A DNA stretch of 59,358 bases, from positions 1 through 59,358 of the forward strand of contig CAXUCZ010000001.1 of NCBI GenBank assembly GCA_964249675.1, read 5' to 3'. Source of the stretch: an uncultured Acetobacteraceae bacterium. Lineage in GTDB: Bacteria > Pseudomonadota > Alphaproteobacteria > Acetobacterales > Acetobacteraceae. This document shows, in pieces, positions 33,557 to 42,350 of the stretch. The position numbers and the translations under genes were made by a program. The stretch's first letter is position 1, and the number at the start of each line of letters is the position of its first letter. The notes below the pieces were generated by a model, which saw only the letters and a list, made by a program, of their open reading frames with translations, made no database searches and was not told where the DNA came from.

Positions 33557-35128
33557 ATGACCTACATCACCAATGACAGCCGGTTCATCGTCACCGCGCA
33601 TCGTTCCGATCTCGCTACCCTGATCCCGCACGCACGCGACATCGACTTCAAGGGCGCCCGCTGGCTGGTGATCCCCAACGGGCGCGACGAGGCCAAGCTG
33701 GCGCGCAACCTGGGCATCGCCATGCCGGCGCCGATCCTGACCAGCTACGACTGGGCTGGCCAGAAGCCATGGGCGATCCAGCGGACCACCGCGGCCCTGC
33801 TGACCGAGAGCCCGCGCGCCTTCGTGCTGTCCACTATGGGCACCGGCAAGACACGCGCCACCCTGTTCGCCATCGACTTCCTGATCGCCGAAGCGGCTGC
33901 CGAGGGGCGTCGCCTGCGTGTGCTGATCACGGCACCCCTGAGCACGCTCACCCCGGTCTGGGAGGACGAGCTGTTCCGCATCCTGCCGCATCGCAAGCGT
34001 CGCGTGATCTATGGCGATCGCGCCAAGCGCCGCCGCCTGCTGGCCGAGGACCCCGACGTGGCTGTGATCAATCATCACGGTCTCGACATGATGAAGGCCG
34101 AGCTGTGCGCGTGGCGTCCCGACATCGTCGTGATCGACGAGCTGGCGGTGTTCCGCAACAAGGGCACCGTGCTGTGGAAGGCTGCCGACACTATCCTGAA
34201 CCGGTCGCACCCGGTCGCGTATGCCTGGGGCCTGACCGGCTCGCCGACGCCGAACGCGCCGACTGACGCCTGGGCGCAGGTCAAGCTGCTGTCGCCGAAC
34301 CGCGTGCCGCGCACCATGACGGCGTTCAAGGACCGCACCATGCGCCAGGTGTCCAACTTCAAATGGATCGCCCGGCCCGGCGCCAACGACATCGTCCACG
34401 AAGCCATGCAGCCATCCGTGCGCTTCGTGCGCGAGGACGTGGCCGAGCTGCCGCCGACCACCTACACCGACCGCCAGCTCAAGCTCGAGGGGCAGGCAGC
34501 GCAAGCCTACAAGATGCTGTCCGACAAGTGCCGCATGCTGTCCGCGTCCGGCGCCATCACCGCGGTCAACGAGGCGGTGCTGCAGACCAAGCTGCTGCAG
34601 GTCGCGTGCGGCTACATCTACACCGATGCGAAGGTCGTGCATGACCTGGGTGCCACGTCGCGCCTGCGCGCACTCGACGAGATCATCGCCGAGACCGACC
34701 GCAAGGTGATCGTGTTCATCCCGTTCATCCACGCGCTGCAGGGCGTGTATGCCCACCTGACCAAGCAGGGCATCGCCTGCGAGATGGTCTCGGGCAACGT
34801 CGCGCGTGGCAGCCGCGACCGGATATTCCAGGCGTTCCAGCATGATCCGAGCGGACCGCGCGTGCTGATCGCACACCCGCAGTGCATGGCGCACGGGCTG
34901 ACGCTGACCGCGGCCAACACCGTGATCTGGTATAGTCCGACGACCAGCCTCGAGATCTATGAGCAGGCGAACGCGCGCATCACCCGGCCCGGCCAGACCA
35001 GCAACACGCTGATCGCGCACCTGTCGGCGACCAATGTGGAGCGCATCACCTACGCGCGCCTGCGCCAGAAGGGCAAAATGCAGGGAACTTTGCTCGCGCT
35101 TTTTCACTCTCAGGAATTGGATTTTTGA
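33557..35128 (+). CDS. SNF2/DEAD-like helicase
   Basis: ATG 33557 behind AGGAGGG. Motif I TMGTGKT, motif II VVIDELAV, helicase-C block VLIAHPQCMAHGLTLT. Confidence 0.8.
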   Translation: MTYITNDSRFIVTAHRSDLATLIPHARDIDFKGARWLVIPNGRDEAKLARNLGIAMPAPILTSYDWAGQKPWAIQRTTAALLTESPRAFVLSTMGTGKTRATLFAIDFLIAEAAAEGRRLRVLITAPLSTLTPVWEDELFRILPHRKRRVIYGDRAKRRRLLAEDPDVAVINHHGLDMMKAELCAWRPDIVVIDELAVFRNKGTVLWKAADTILNRSHPVAYAWGLTGSPTPNAPTDAWAQVKLLSPNRVPRTMTAFKDRTMRQVSNFKWIARPGANDIVHEAMQPSVRFVREDVAELPPTTYTDRQLKLEGQAAQAYKMLSDKCRMLSASGAITAVNEAVLQTKLLQVACGYIYTDAKVVHDLGATSRLRALDEIIAETDRKVIVFIPFIHALQGVYAHLTKQGIACEMVSGNVARGSRDRIFQAFQHDPSGPRVLIAHPQCMAHGLTLTAANTVIWYSPTTSLEIYEQANARITRPGQTSNTLIAHLSATNVERITYARLRQKGKMQGTLLALFHSQELDF

Positions 35129-35343
35129 TGTCTGACCTGTCCGCCGGCGACATGGTGATCACGCCCAAAGGCTTAATCGGCCTGCTATCGCACGTGACGC
35201 CGGCTGGCATGGCCGCTATCCGGTTCGGCCAGAACGTCCAGTTGCACTACCACAAGGCGCATCTTGTGCGCCGTGCTACGCGGGCGGAAGTGGACGCCAG
35301 CTCGCTGCGCGGCGTTGGCTGCAATCAAGCGAACGATCCGTGA
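35128..35343 (+). CDS. hypothetical protein
   Basis: TGATG-coupled, 71 aa. Confidence 0.5.
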   Translation: MSDLSAGDMVITPKGLIGLLSHVTPAGMAAIRFGQNVQLHYHKAHLVRRATRAEVDASSLRGVGCNQANDP

Positions 35344-35365
35344 CTCGTATGAAAGTGCAAAGGTC

Positions 35366-35545
35366 ATGACGGAAACCACGATCTCCGTTAGCGGCGTATG
35401 GCTGCGTCGTGTTGGAGACAATGCTGTCGTCGCGGTCGAGATCGACGGTCGCTGGCGCGACGTGATCATAGAGCGCAGCGAGGGCAATTTCAGCCACATT
35501 GTCGAGGTGAGCGGCATCGCTAAGGCAACAGAGGCGAAGCTATGA
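35366..35545 (+). CDS. hypothetical protein
   Basis: ATG 35366 (MTETTISVSGVW...). Confidence 0.45.
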   Translation: MTETTISVSGVWLRRVGDNAVVAVEIDGRWRDVIIERSEGNFSHIVEVSGIAKATEAKL

Positions 35546-35763
35546 CCGAGGACGCGCAAACCACCGACCGCGCTACTCACGCTCAAGGAGTTGCGGACGC
35601 ACTCCGCGCCCGAGCCGGGCGATCGCGTGCCCGCGTGGAAAAGCAACAAGCGTCGGCATATTTCAGCGACGAAGTTAGGACTGGCTATCTTACCGAAGCC
35701 GATCGCGATGATGCGGCGGCTTTCTACATCGAACTTGGGCTCGCGCGGGGAGTGCTGGCATGA
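35542..35763 (+). CDS. hypothetical protein
   Basis: ATGA-coupled, 73 aa. Confidence 0.5.
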   Translation: MTEDAQTTDRATHAQGVADALRARAGRSRARVEKQQASAYFSDEVRTGYLTEADRDDAAAFYIELGLARGVLA

Positions 35764-36125
35764 GCACCGATCGAACTGAAACCACCCCGCCAGAAGGCTG
35801 GATCGTGCGAGAGACAAACATCGGGTGCGATGATTGCGATGAGACTGGCAGTTGGGACGGGAGGCCGTGTGTGTCGTGTAACGGAACGGCCTTGTGCAAT
35901 GGCGATGGCCTATGTTGGGGGCCGCCTCTCGATCCAGCTAAAACCACCACCTTGGACCTCGATGCCATGCGTCGGGCGTGCTTCGCGGCAGATCAAACGG
36001 TGAGCCTGTCTGCAATCGCCGTGCTGGATGTCATTGATGAGGTCGTCCGACTGCGGAAGGCTCTCGGACAGCTTCAAGTCACACTCTACTCGGCAAATGA
36101 GATCGCGGAGAAAGCACTCTCGTGA
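35760..36125 (+). CDS. Cys-rich (zinc-ribbon-like) protein
   Basis: CDDCDETGSWDGRPCVSCNGTALCNGDGLC cluster. ATGA-coupled. Confidence 0.55.
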   Translation: MSTDRTETTPPEGWIVRETNIGCDDCDETGSWDGRPCVSCNGTALCNGDGLCWGPPLDPAKTTTLDLDAMRRACFAADQTVSLSAIAVLDVIDEVVRLRKALGQLQVTLYSANEIAEKALS

Positions 36126-36172
36126 CAAGCGACAAAACCACAATTCCCGAGCAAACATAGGAGTATATTCCC

Positions 36173-36655
36173 ATGAGTGTTTCCACTACCGTCGGGCAAA
36201 CCAGCATGGCCGACGCCATGTCGGCGCAACCCATCAACCACACGCCGCCGGCCTTCCGGGTCCGACCGGCTGGTCTGACCGTCGAGAAAGCAGTCGCCAA
36301 GTATGTCGAGCTGCGCGACAAGGTTGCGGCAATCAAGAAGCAGCAGGTCGAAGCGCTCGCGCCGTTCAACGCCGCAATGAGTGTGCTCGAGAACTGGATG
36401 CTGGACGATCTCAATCAATCCGGTGCAGAAAGTATGCGGACTACCGCAGGCACCTGCTACAAGGCGAAGCGGACTACGGCGAAGGTCCACGCCTGGAGCG
36501 AGACGTTGCAATTCATCCTCGAGAAACAAGCCTACGAGCTGCTGGAAGCCAGGGTATCCAAGACAGCGGCGCAGGCTATACTGGAGGAGACGGGGCAACC
36601 GGTCCCTGGAGTCGCTATAGAGACCGAAACCACAGTGAACGTGCGCCGCGCGTAG
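36173..36655 (+). CDS. hypothetical coiled-coil protein (recombination/replication accessory?)
   Basis: 160-aa ORF. A class II element sits in codons 4-8. Confidence 0.65.
   Translation: MSVSTTVGQTSMADAMSAQPINHTPPAFRVRPAGLTVEKAVAKYVELRDKVAAIKKQQVEALAPFNAAMSVLENWMLDDLNQSGAESMRTTAGTCYKAKRTTAKVHAWSETLQFILEKQAYELLEARVSKTAAQAILEETGQPVPGVAIETETTVNVRRA
36184..36196 (+). repeat. class II element CACTACCGTCGGG (exact)
   Basis: Sense, encodes T-T-V-G, 9 nt after the ATG. Confidence 0.9.
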
Positions 36656-36665
36656 CGCATCGTTC

Positions 36666-36681
36666 AATCACTACCGTAGTA
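36666..36681 (+). promoter_or_regulatory. class I element AATCACTACCGTAGTA
   Basis: 23 nt upstream of ATG 36705. Confidence 0.75.
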
Positions 36682-36704
36682 TATACCAAAGGGAGTTCTT
36701 GGGG

Positions 36705-37817
36705 ATGTCGAATAACGTAGTGCCGCTTCGCTCGGGTCAGATGCCAGCCGCCTTCGCCGGTCGCAACCTGCCCGACATGGGCCGGGCAATGACCGAGAAC
36801 GTGCAGGCTGGCTTCGCGGTCGTCGGCTACAAGGGCCGCACCTGGCGCATCAAGCACGGCGGCGCCGACACCGTGATCATGGGCGACAACCGCCAGCCGA
36901 TCGGCTCGCTCGAGGTGGTGATCGTAGGCGTCAGCCCGAACATCTCGAAGAACTTCTACGAGAAGCGCTACGCCGAGGGCGACGCGGAGTCGCCGGACTG
37001 CTGGTCGGTCAACGGCAGGACGCCAGACCCCGCCAGCCCCAAGCTGCAATGCGAGACCTGCGCGGCCTGTCCGCAGAACGTGTTCGGTTCGCGTGTCACC
37101 GAGGCCGGCAAGAAGGCCAAGGCTTGCCAGGACTACCGGCGCATCGCCGTGGTGCCCAAGGGCGACCCGAACAACGAGACCTATGGCGGGCCGATGATGC
37201 TGCGCATCCCGCCGATGTCGCTCGCCAACCTCGCGCGCTACGGCCAGGAGCTGACCCGCTACGGTGCCCAGCCCTATGCTGTCGGCACCCGCCTGTCGTT
37301 CGACTACGACGTGGCCTACCCGCTGATCACCCTGGAGGCGACCGGCTGGCTCGACGACGAGACCGCAGTCGAGGTGGCGCCGATCCTCGACGACCCGCAG
37401 ATCGAACGCATGCTCGAGCAGGCCCCGCCCGAGGGTCCCGACTCCGAGGCACCGCCGGCCCAGGCATCGGCGCTGGCCGGCGGCAAGCCGTCCCAGGCCT
37501 TGGCCAAGCCGGCACCGGCGCAGCAGGTCCAGGCGCAGCCCGCGGCCCAGGCGCAACCCCAGGCCGAGCAGGCACCGGTCGAGCAGGTGGCAGCCGCCAG
37601 TCCGACCGCCAGTCCGTCCAGTGTGACCAAGCCGCAGAAGCCGGCGACGGGAGCGGCCTTCGGATCCCGGCCTGCCCAGGCTCAGGTGACCCAGGCGCAG
37701 CCGGCTGCCCAGGCTCAGGTGACCCAGGCGCAGCCCCAGCGACAGGAGGTCCCGACGGTCGTGGCTGCGGCGCCGGATGATATGCAGGCGGCGATCGACG
37801 AGCTGCTGAACGCCTGA
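36705..37817 (+). CDS. ssDNA-binding protein candidate
   Basis: Position just before the primase-helicase. Q/A/P-rich linker and acidic tail (DDMQAAIDELLNA). Confidence 0.45.
   Translation: MSNNVVPLRSGQMPAAFAGRNLPDMGRAMTENVQAGFAVVGYKGRTWRIKHGGADTVIMGDNRQPIGSLEVVIVGVSPNISKNFYEKRYAEGDAESPDCWSVNGRTPDPASPKLQCETCAACPQNVFGSRVTEAGKKAKACQDYRRIAVVPKGDPNNETYGGPMMLRIPPMSLANLARYGQELTRYGAQPYAVGTRLSFDYDVAYPLITLEATGWLDDETAVEVAPILDDPQIERMLEQAPPEGPDSEAPPAQASALAGGKPSQALAKPAPAQQVQAQPAAQAQPQAEQAPVEQVAAASPTASPSSVTKPQKPATGAAFGSRPAQAQVTQAQPAAQAQVTQAQPQRQEVPTVVAAAPDDMQAAIDELLNA
37672..37737 (+). repeat. 33-bp tandem repeat, 2 copies
   Basis: CTGCCCAGGCTCAGGTGACCCAGGCGCAGCC.. repeated, encoding AQAQVTQAQP twice. 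Confidence 0.85.
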
Positions 37818-37838
37818 CCATCAGCCCGGAGCGATCCC

Positions 37839-40835
37839 ATGGATACAGTCGCTTTCCTCGAGAGGATCGTCGCTCCGGGCAACTTCGTCTGCATCAGCTA
37901 CGACAAGGGCGACCGGTTCACCAACCGGTTCTTCCCGCGCGACAAGCTGGGGGACGCGGTCGGCTCGCTGAACTGGGCGGTGCGCAAGGGCTACGAGACC
38001 TACTTCGCGATGGCGTCGTTCATCGTGACGACGCAGGAAACCGGGGACCACGGCACCTACCTGCGCGGCGAGCGCAAGGCACCCAACGTCCATGCGCTGC
38101 GCTGTCTGTGGATCGACCTGGACGTGTCGCGCCCGGGTGACGGCAAGCAGCCCGGCACGACGTTCGCGACGCAGGCCGATGCGATCCGCTGGGTCGCGGG
38201 GTTCTGCGATGCGGTGAGCCTGCCACGCCCGAACCTGTGGGTGTCGTCGGGATATGGCGTGCATGTCTACTGGGTGCTCGACGACGCAATGTCGCCAGCG
38301 GAGTGGTCGATCGGGGCGAAGTCCCTGAAGAACGCCGTTCTGCGCCATGGCTTCACCGGCGACGCCGGGGTGATCGCCGACAGCGTGCGCGTGCTGCGCG
38401 CGCCCGGCACCAAGAACTTCAAGGCCGGCAAGACGGGCAAGCCCGTCGAGGTGATCAGCCAGCTCACCCGAGGCGACTATCCGAACGCCCTGGTGCTCGA
38501 CGCCCTGGTCGGCTACGCGCCGGCAGCATCGTCGGGCCAGCTCACCCTGGTCCCGGCCAGCAGCATGGCTTCACGCCTCGCTGGCGGGCGCCCATCGGCG
38601 GCACTGGCGACACAAGCCGCGATGACGATACCGGCTGCCAGCGCGGCCCAGCCGCGCCACATGGCCAACATCGTGCAGGGCTGCGCCCAGGTGGCCGGCT
38701 CGCTGACACGCGGCGGCGCCGGTGATCCCTACCCGCTCTGGTATCTCGGACACCTCAGCCTCGCGCATCACTGCGCCGACGGCTCTGCCTACGTTCACGC
38801 ACTATCGTCAGGGGATGCACGCTACGATCCCGCCCAGGTGGATGCCGCCGTGGCGCGCATCGCTGGCGAGAAGGCGGTCAAGGATACCGGCCCGCCGACC
38901 TGCGCCACCTTCGAGAGCGCCAACGCCGCAGGGTGCGCGGGCTGTCCGATGCGTGGGCGCGGCAGCACGCCCTGGCATGCCTACGGCTTGCCGCCGACCG
39001 ACCTGCCGGACGGCTATCGCAGGACCGGCACGGCGGTGCAGCGCCGCACGCTGGACAAGGAGGGCAACCCGGAGTGGTTGCGGCTGCTGGCCGGCGACGT
39101 GGTGAACCCCGAGATCTTCGTCGACCGCGCCGGGGTGCACACACTGGAGTTCGACTACCTGGTGAACGGCAAGACCCAGTCGCAGACCGTCGCCGAGAAT
39201 GCGCTGACGCAGGATCCGCGGACCATCTACACCCTGTTCGCGAACCAGGGGCTCGGGCTACGCAACGTCGAGAAGCCATGGAGGGACTTCATCTTGGCTT
39301 GGATCGACAAGCTGCGCCAGGAGCGCACGCCACGCACCGACAAGCCCGCCGCGTTCGGCTGGAACGTGGACCGGGCCGGCAAGCTTACCGGCTTCGCGGT
39401 GGGCGGCACCGTCTATAATCACGACGGTAGTGAAACGAATGCGCTGCACGTCGACCGCGAGCTGCTGGCCAGCTACGAGCCCAAGGGCACGTTCGCGAAG
39501 TGGCAGGCGGCGGCGAACCTGGTGATGGCCGGCAGGCCGGACCTGCAGGTGCTGGTGGCGGCGTCCTTCGCGGCGCCACTGATGCGCTTCACCGGTCAAA
39601 AAGGCATGGTGATCAGCGCCTGGTCACGCCAATCCGGCGTCGGCAAGTCCAGCGCGCTGGAAGTCGGCCAGGGCGTATGGGCCAGCTACGGCACGATGAA
39701 CGCGATGGACGATACCCGCAACGCGGTGGGCAAGAAGATCGGCGATGCGTCGGGCATGCCTTGCTACTGGGACGAGCTGAAGGTCAACCGCGACAACGCG
39801 CGCACCATCGCCGACATGGTGTTTCAGCTCAGCCTGGGCAAAGGCAAGGCGCGCATGGCAGCCGACAGCTCGCTGCGCGCGGTGGCGGAATACGAGACGA
39901 TCCTGGTGGCGACAGCCAACAAGCCGCTCATGGACGCTGTCACCGCAGAGACCGAGAGCACCGACGCCGGTGCGCTGCGCGTGTTCGAGTATAACATCGT
40001 CCGCCCGGTGTCGCGTGCGATGGCCTCGGCGCCACGCATCATCGCCGCGGTCAAGGACAACCACGGCCACGCCGGCAGGGTCTATGCCAAGCATATCGCC
40101 CAGCACTCGGGGATGATCTCGGCGGCGATGGAGAAGCTGATCGCCACGCTGAACACGACGCTCAGCGTGGGTGCCGAGGAACGCTTCCATATCGCCGGCA
40201 TGGCGGCGCTGCTGCTTGGCGCCAAGCTGGCCAACAGCCTCAAGCTGGTCTCGTTCGATACTGCGGCAATCGAACTGTTCCTCAAGGACACCTTCGATCG
40301 GCTGCGCAGCGCGCGGGCGCAGAACTCGGTGGTCTCGCAGGCGACCGGCTACGATCTCGAGCAGGTGTTCGGCAGCTTCGTGGCGGATAACTCCGGGCAT
40401 CGCCTGACCACGTCGCACTTCCAGACCAACAGCCAGTCGTGCGGCTCGATCCTGGAGGAACCCACCCGTCGCGAGCGGGTGTCGATCCATGTCGGCGTGC
40501 TGCCCGATCCGCAGCGGCCCGGCCCGTCGATCATGCGCGTCGATCGCAAGGCGTTCTTCGACTGGTGCAAGGACCACGACTACAGCAAGACGGACGTGCT
40601 GACCGAGCTGGAGGCGCGTTGGGGTGCCACGCAGATCCGCGCCACGCTGGCCGGCGGCACGCAGTGGCGAGCGCAGCGCTGGACCATCGACCTGCCGCTG
40701 GTGGGCGACCTCGAGGCGTATGCGCCGAGCCCGTCGGCACCCACTGGACAGCATCAGGGCGCCGCCAGTTCCCCGGCAAGCGCCCTGGCTGTCCCGGCAG
40801 GTGGCCCGCTGGGGCCGAACCCGCCGCCGCCGTAG
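37839..40835 (+). CDS. primase-polymerase (AEP) fused to SF3/D5-type helicase
   Basis: AEP motifs WIDLDV and SGYGVHVYW. Walker A SRQSGVGKSS mid-protein. 998 aa. Confidence 0.8.
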   Translation: MDTVAFLERIVAPGNFVCISYDKGDRFTNRFFPRDKLGDAVGSLNWAVRKGYETYFAMASFIVTTQETGDHGTYLRGERKAPNVHALRCLWIDLDVSRPGDGKQPGTTFATQADAIRWVAGFCDAVSLPRPNLWVSSGYGVHVYWVLDDAMSPAEWSIGAKSLKNAVLRHGFTGDAGVIADSVRVLRAPGTKNFKAGKTGKPVEVISQLTRGDYPNALVLDALVGYAPAASSGQLTLVPASSMASRLAGGRPSAALATQAAMTIPAASAAQPRHMANIVQGCAQVAGSLTRGGAGDPYPLWYLGHLSLAHHCADGSAYVHALSSGDARYDPAQVDAAVARIAGEKAVKDTGPPTCATFESANAAGCAGCPMRGRGSTPWHAYGLPPTDLPDGYRRTGTAVQRRTLDKEGNPEWLRLLAGDVVNPEIFVDRAGVHTLEFDYLVNGKTQSQTVAENALTQDPRTIYTLFANQGLGLRNVEKPWRDFILAWIDKLRQERTPRTDKPAAFGWNVDRAGKLTGFAVGGTVYNHDGSETNALHVDRELLASYEPKGTFAKWQAAANLVMAGRPDLQVLVAASFAAPLMRFTGQKGMVISAWSRQSGVGKSSALEVGQGVWASYGTMNAMDDTRNAVGKKIGDASGMPCYWDELKVNRDNARTIADMVFQLSLGKGKARMAADSSLRAVAEYETILVATANKPLMDAVTAETESTDAGALRVFEYNIVRPVSRAMASAPRIIAAVKDNHGHAGRVYAKHIAQHSGMISAAMEKLIATLNTTLSVGAEERFHIAGMAALLLGAKLANSLKLVSFDTAAIELFLKDTFDRLRSARAQNSVVSQATGYDLEQVFGSFVADNSGHRLTTSHFQTNSQSCGSILEEPTRRERVSIHVGVLPDPQRPGPSIMRVDRKAFFDWCKDHDYSKTDVLTELEARWGATQIRATLAGGTQWRAQRWTIDLPLVGDLEAYAPSPSAPTGQHQGAASSPASALAVPAGGPLGPNPPPP

Positions 40836-40838
40836 AGG

Positions 40839-41153
40839 CTAGGTCGCCGGCGTGGCCGGCGGCGCGGTGACCGTTGCCGCCGTCGGCGCATTGGCGAACA
40901 CCGGCAGCAGGCTGTTGAAGATGTCGGTCACGACGCTGAGCCCGTGCGTGTTGGCTAGGTTCTCGGCAGCCGCCAGCAGGTCGATGCCGACCGGCACCAG
41001 CTCGGGGTTGTGCTGGGCGAAGGTGCCGAAGCCGTGGCTGACCCAGCTCTCGGCCTTGGACAGCAGGCTCGGATCGGCTGCCTGCACGACGGTGGTGAGA
41101 AGTCCGGCGACGACGCCGCCAAGGCTCGGAGCGGTGGATGTGGTCTGGGACAC
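40839..41153 (-). CDS. hypothetical protein
   Basis: GTG 41153 behind AGGAG, right after the stop of 41167..41490. The longer listed form is S/T/P-rich in its N-terminal half. Confidence 0.45.
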   Translation of the reverse strand: MSQTTSTAPSLGGVVAGLLTTVVQAADPSLLSKAESWVSHGFGTFAQHNPELVPVGIDLLAAAENLANTHGLSVVTDIFNSLLPVFANAPTAATVTAPPATPAT

Positions 41154-41166
41154 TGTAGTCTCCTGT

Positions 41167-41490
41167 TCAGGTGTCGGTGCGGTCAGGCTCGCCGAGGGCG
41201 AGAAGGCTGCCGTGGCTGGCTGCGTCGAGGCCGGCGCCTGGATGGGCGCCGACGTGATCGACGAGGGTGACGGTGTTGCTGGCGTCGGGCTCTGGGGCCG
41301 GCGAGGCGGCGGCATGGCGGACTCCGTGGTGGTAGACGACAAGCGTTTCGCCTGGATGGAGGCGTTCAACGCGCGCAGTTGGATCAGGCAGCTCGCCAGG
41401 TCCGGCGTGGCGGATGTGTGGGGTGCCGCCGATGTTGGTGAGGACAGAGATGCCCACCACTGGGTTATCTTGTTCAGCGTGCTCACTCAT
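41167..41490 (-). CDS. hypothetical protein
   Basis: ATG 41490 preceded by GGGAG and an element-like site. Frame choice versus 40852..41511(+) is not certain. Confidence 0.45.
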   Translation of the reverse strand: MSEHAEQDNPVVGISVLTNIGGTPHIRHAGPGELPDPTARVERLHPGETLVVYHHGVRHAAASPAPEPDASNTVTLVDHVGAHPGAGLDAASHGSLLALGEPDRTDT

Positions 41491-41497
41491 GCGAACT

Positions 41498-41513
41498 CCC
41501 GACCGTCGTGATC
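41498..41513 (-). promoter_or_regulatory. degenerate element GATCACGACGGTCGGG
   Basis: 7 nt upstream of ATG 41490. Overlaps the HNH gene stop. Confidence 0.45.
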
Positions 41514-41772
41514 ATTTGCTGTTGTGCTTGCGACGGTTGGCCGTCGGCGAGAGCACGCCGATATTGCTCGGATGGTTTGACCCGCCTTTAGACAGGCTCT
41601 TGCGATGGTCTATTTCACGAGGGTCGTTCTTGCCCTTGAGCTTGCCGTCCTTGATCGCCTGCGTGCGTGCCTGGTCGCGCTGCACGCGCTTCTTCTTGCC
41701 GGCTTCGGACTTCTCGCGCGCCAGGTAGTAAGCACGGTTCTTCTGGTAGTCGAGCGGATCGTCGCTGCTCAT
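41512..41772 (-). CDS. mini HNH endonuclease-like protein
   Basis: ATGA-coupled ATG 41772. EIDHRKSLSKGGSNHPSNIGVLSPTANRRK fits the H-N-N pattern. Confidence 0.55.
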   Translation of the reverse strand: MSSDDPLDYQKNRAYYLAREKSEAGKKKRVQRDQARTQAIKDGKLKGKNDPREIDHRKSLSKGGSNHPSNIGVLSPTANRRKHNSK

Positions 41773-42350
41773 TTGACCTTCGCCACCTCCGACGCGGGCA
41801 CCGAGTTGTAGATCTGGTTGCGCGCGACACTGAGGTCGTTGGACTTGCGCATGCTCCCCGCACTCGAGCCGACCCAGTAGGTCCCGACTGCAACCATCAG
41901 CACCTTGATGGTCTCGACCAGTCCGATCTGCACCGCGTTCTCGGCGCCTGTCGTGTGCCACGCCAGATACTCGGCATAGACGAACGCACTCAGGATCATC
42001 AGCGAGTAGGCCGGCGCGCCCCAGGCCACGAGGCTGCGCACGGATGCCAGCGCCACGGTCTGCTGGCGGGCGTTCTGCACGTCGTTGAGCTGGGCTACCA
42101 GGCGGGCCTGCATCGCCGCGTCGGCTTCGGTCTGCTTGGCCGCGTCGATCCTGGCCAGCTCGAGGGTCAGCCGCTGCGCCAGTGCCGGATCGGCGTGCAC
42201 CATGCGCTGCGCATCGACAGGATCGGTGGTGCCGACCAGGGTCTGCACTGTCTTGGCGACCTGGGTCTGCGTCGCGTCGCTGCCGTCGCCGAACAACCAG
42301 CGCGCCAGCGTCGGCACCAGGCTCACGACGAGAGGCAGCAACGCGAACAT
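41769..42350 (-). CDS. holin, GTA-type 3TM (DUF3154-like)
   Basis: N-terminal TM, central DPALAQRLTLELARIDAAKQ helix, two C-terminal TMs. Adjacent to lysis enzymes. Confidence 0.5.
   Translation of the reverse strand: MFALLPLVVSLVPTLARWLFGDGSDATQTQVAKTVQTLVGTTDPVDAQRMVHADPALAQRLTLELARIDAAKQTEADAAMQARLVAQLNDVQNARQQTVALASVRSLVAWGAPAYSLMILSAFVYAEYLAWHTTGAENAVQIGLVETIKVLMVAVGTYWVGSSAGSMRKSNDLSVARNQIYNSVPASEVAKVK

Noticed and set aside
40852-41511. The + strand ORF 40852..41511 as an alternative to the two minus-strand genes
   Set aside because: Its codon-position G bias made it tempting. However, the minus frames have SD sequences, an element-like site before ATG 41490 and stop/start coupling, and the + product is W/G/A-rich and odd. 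This remains uncertain.
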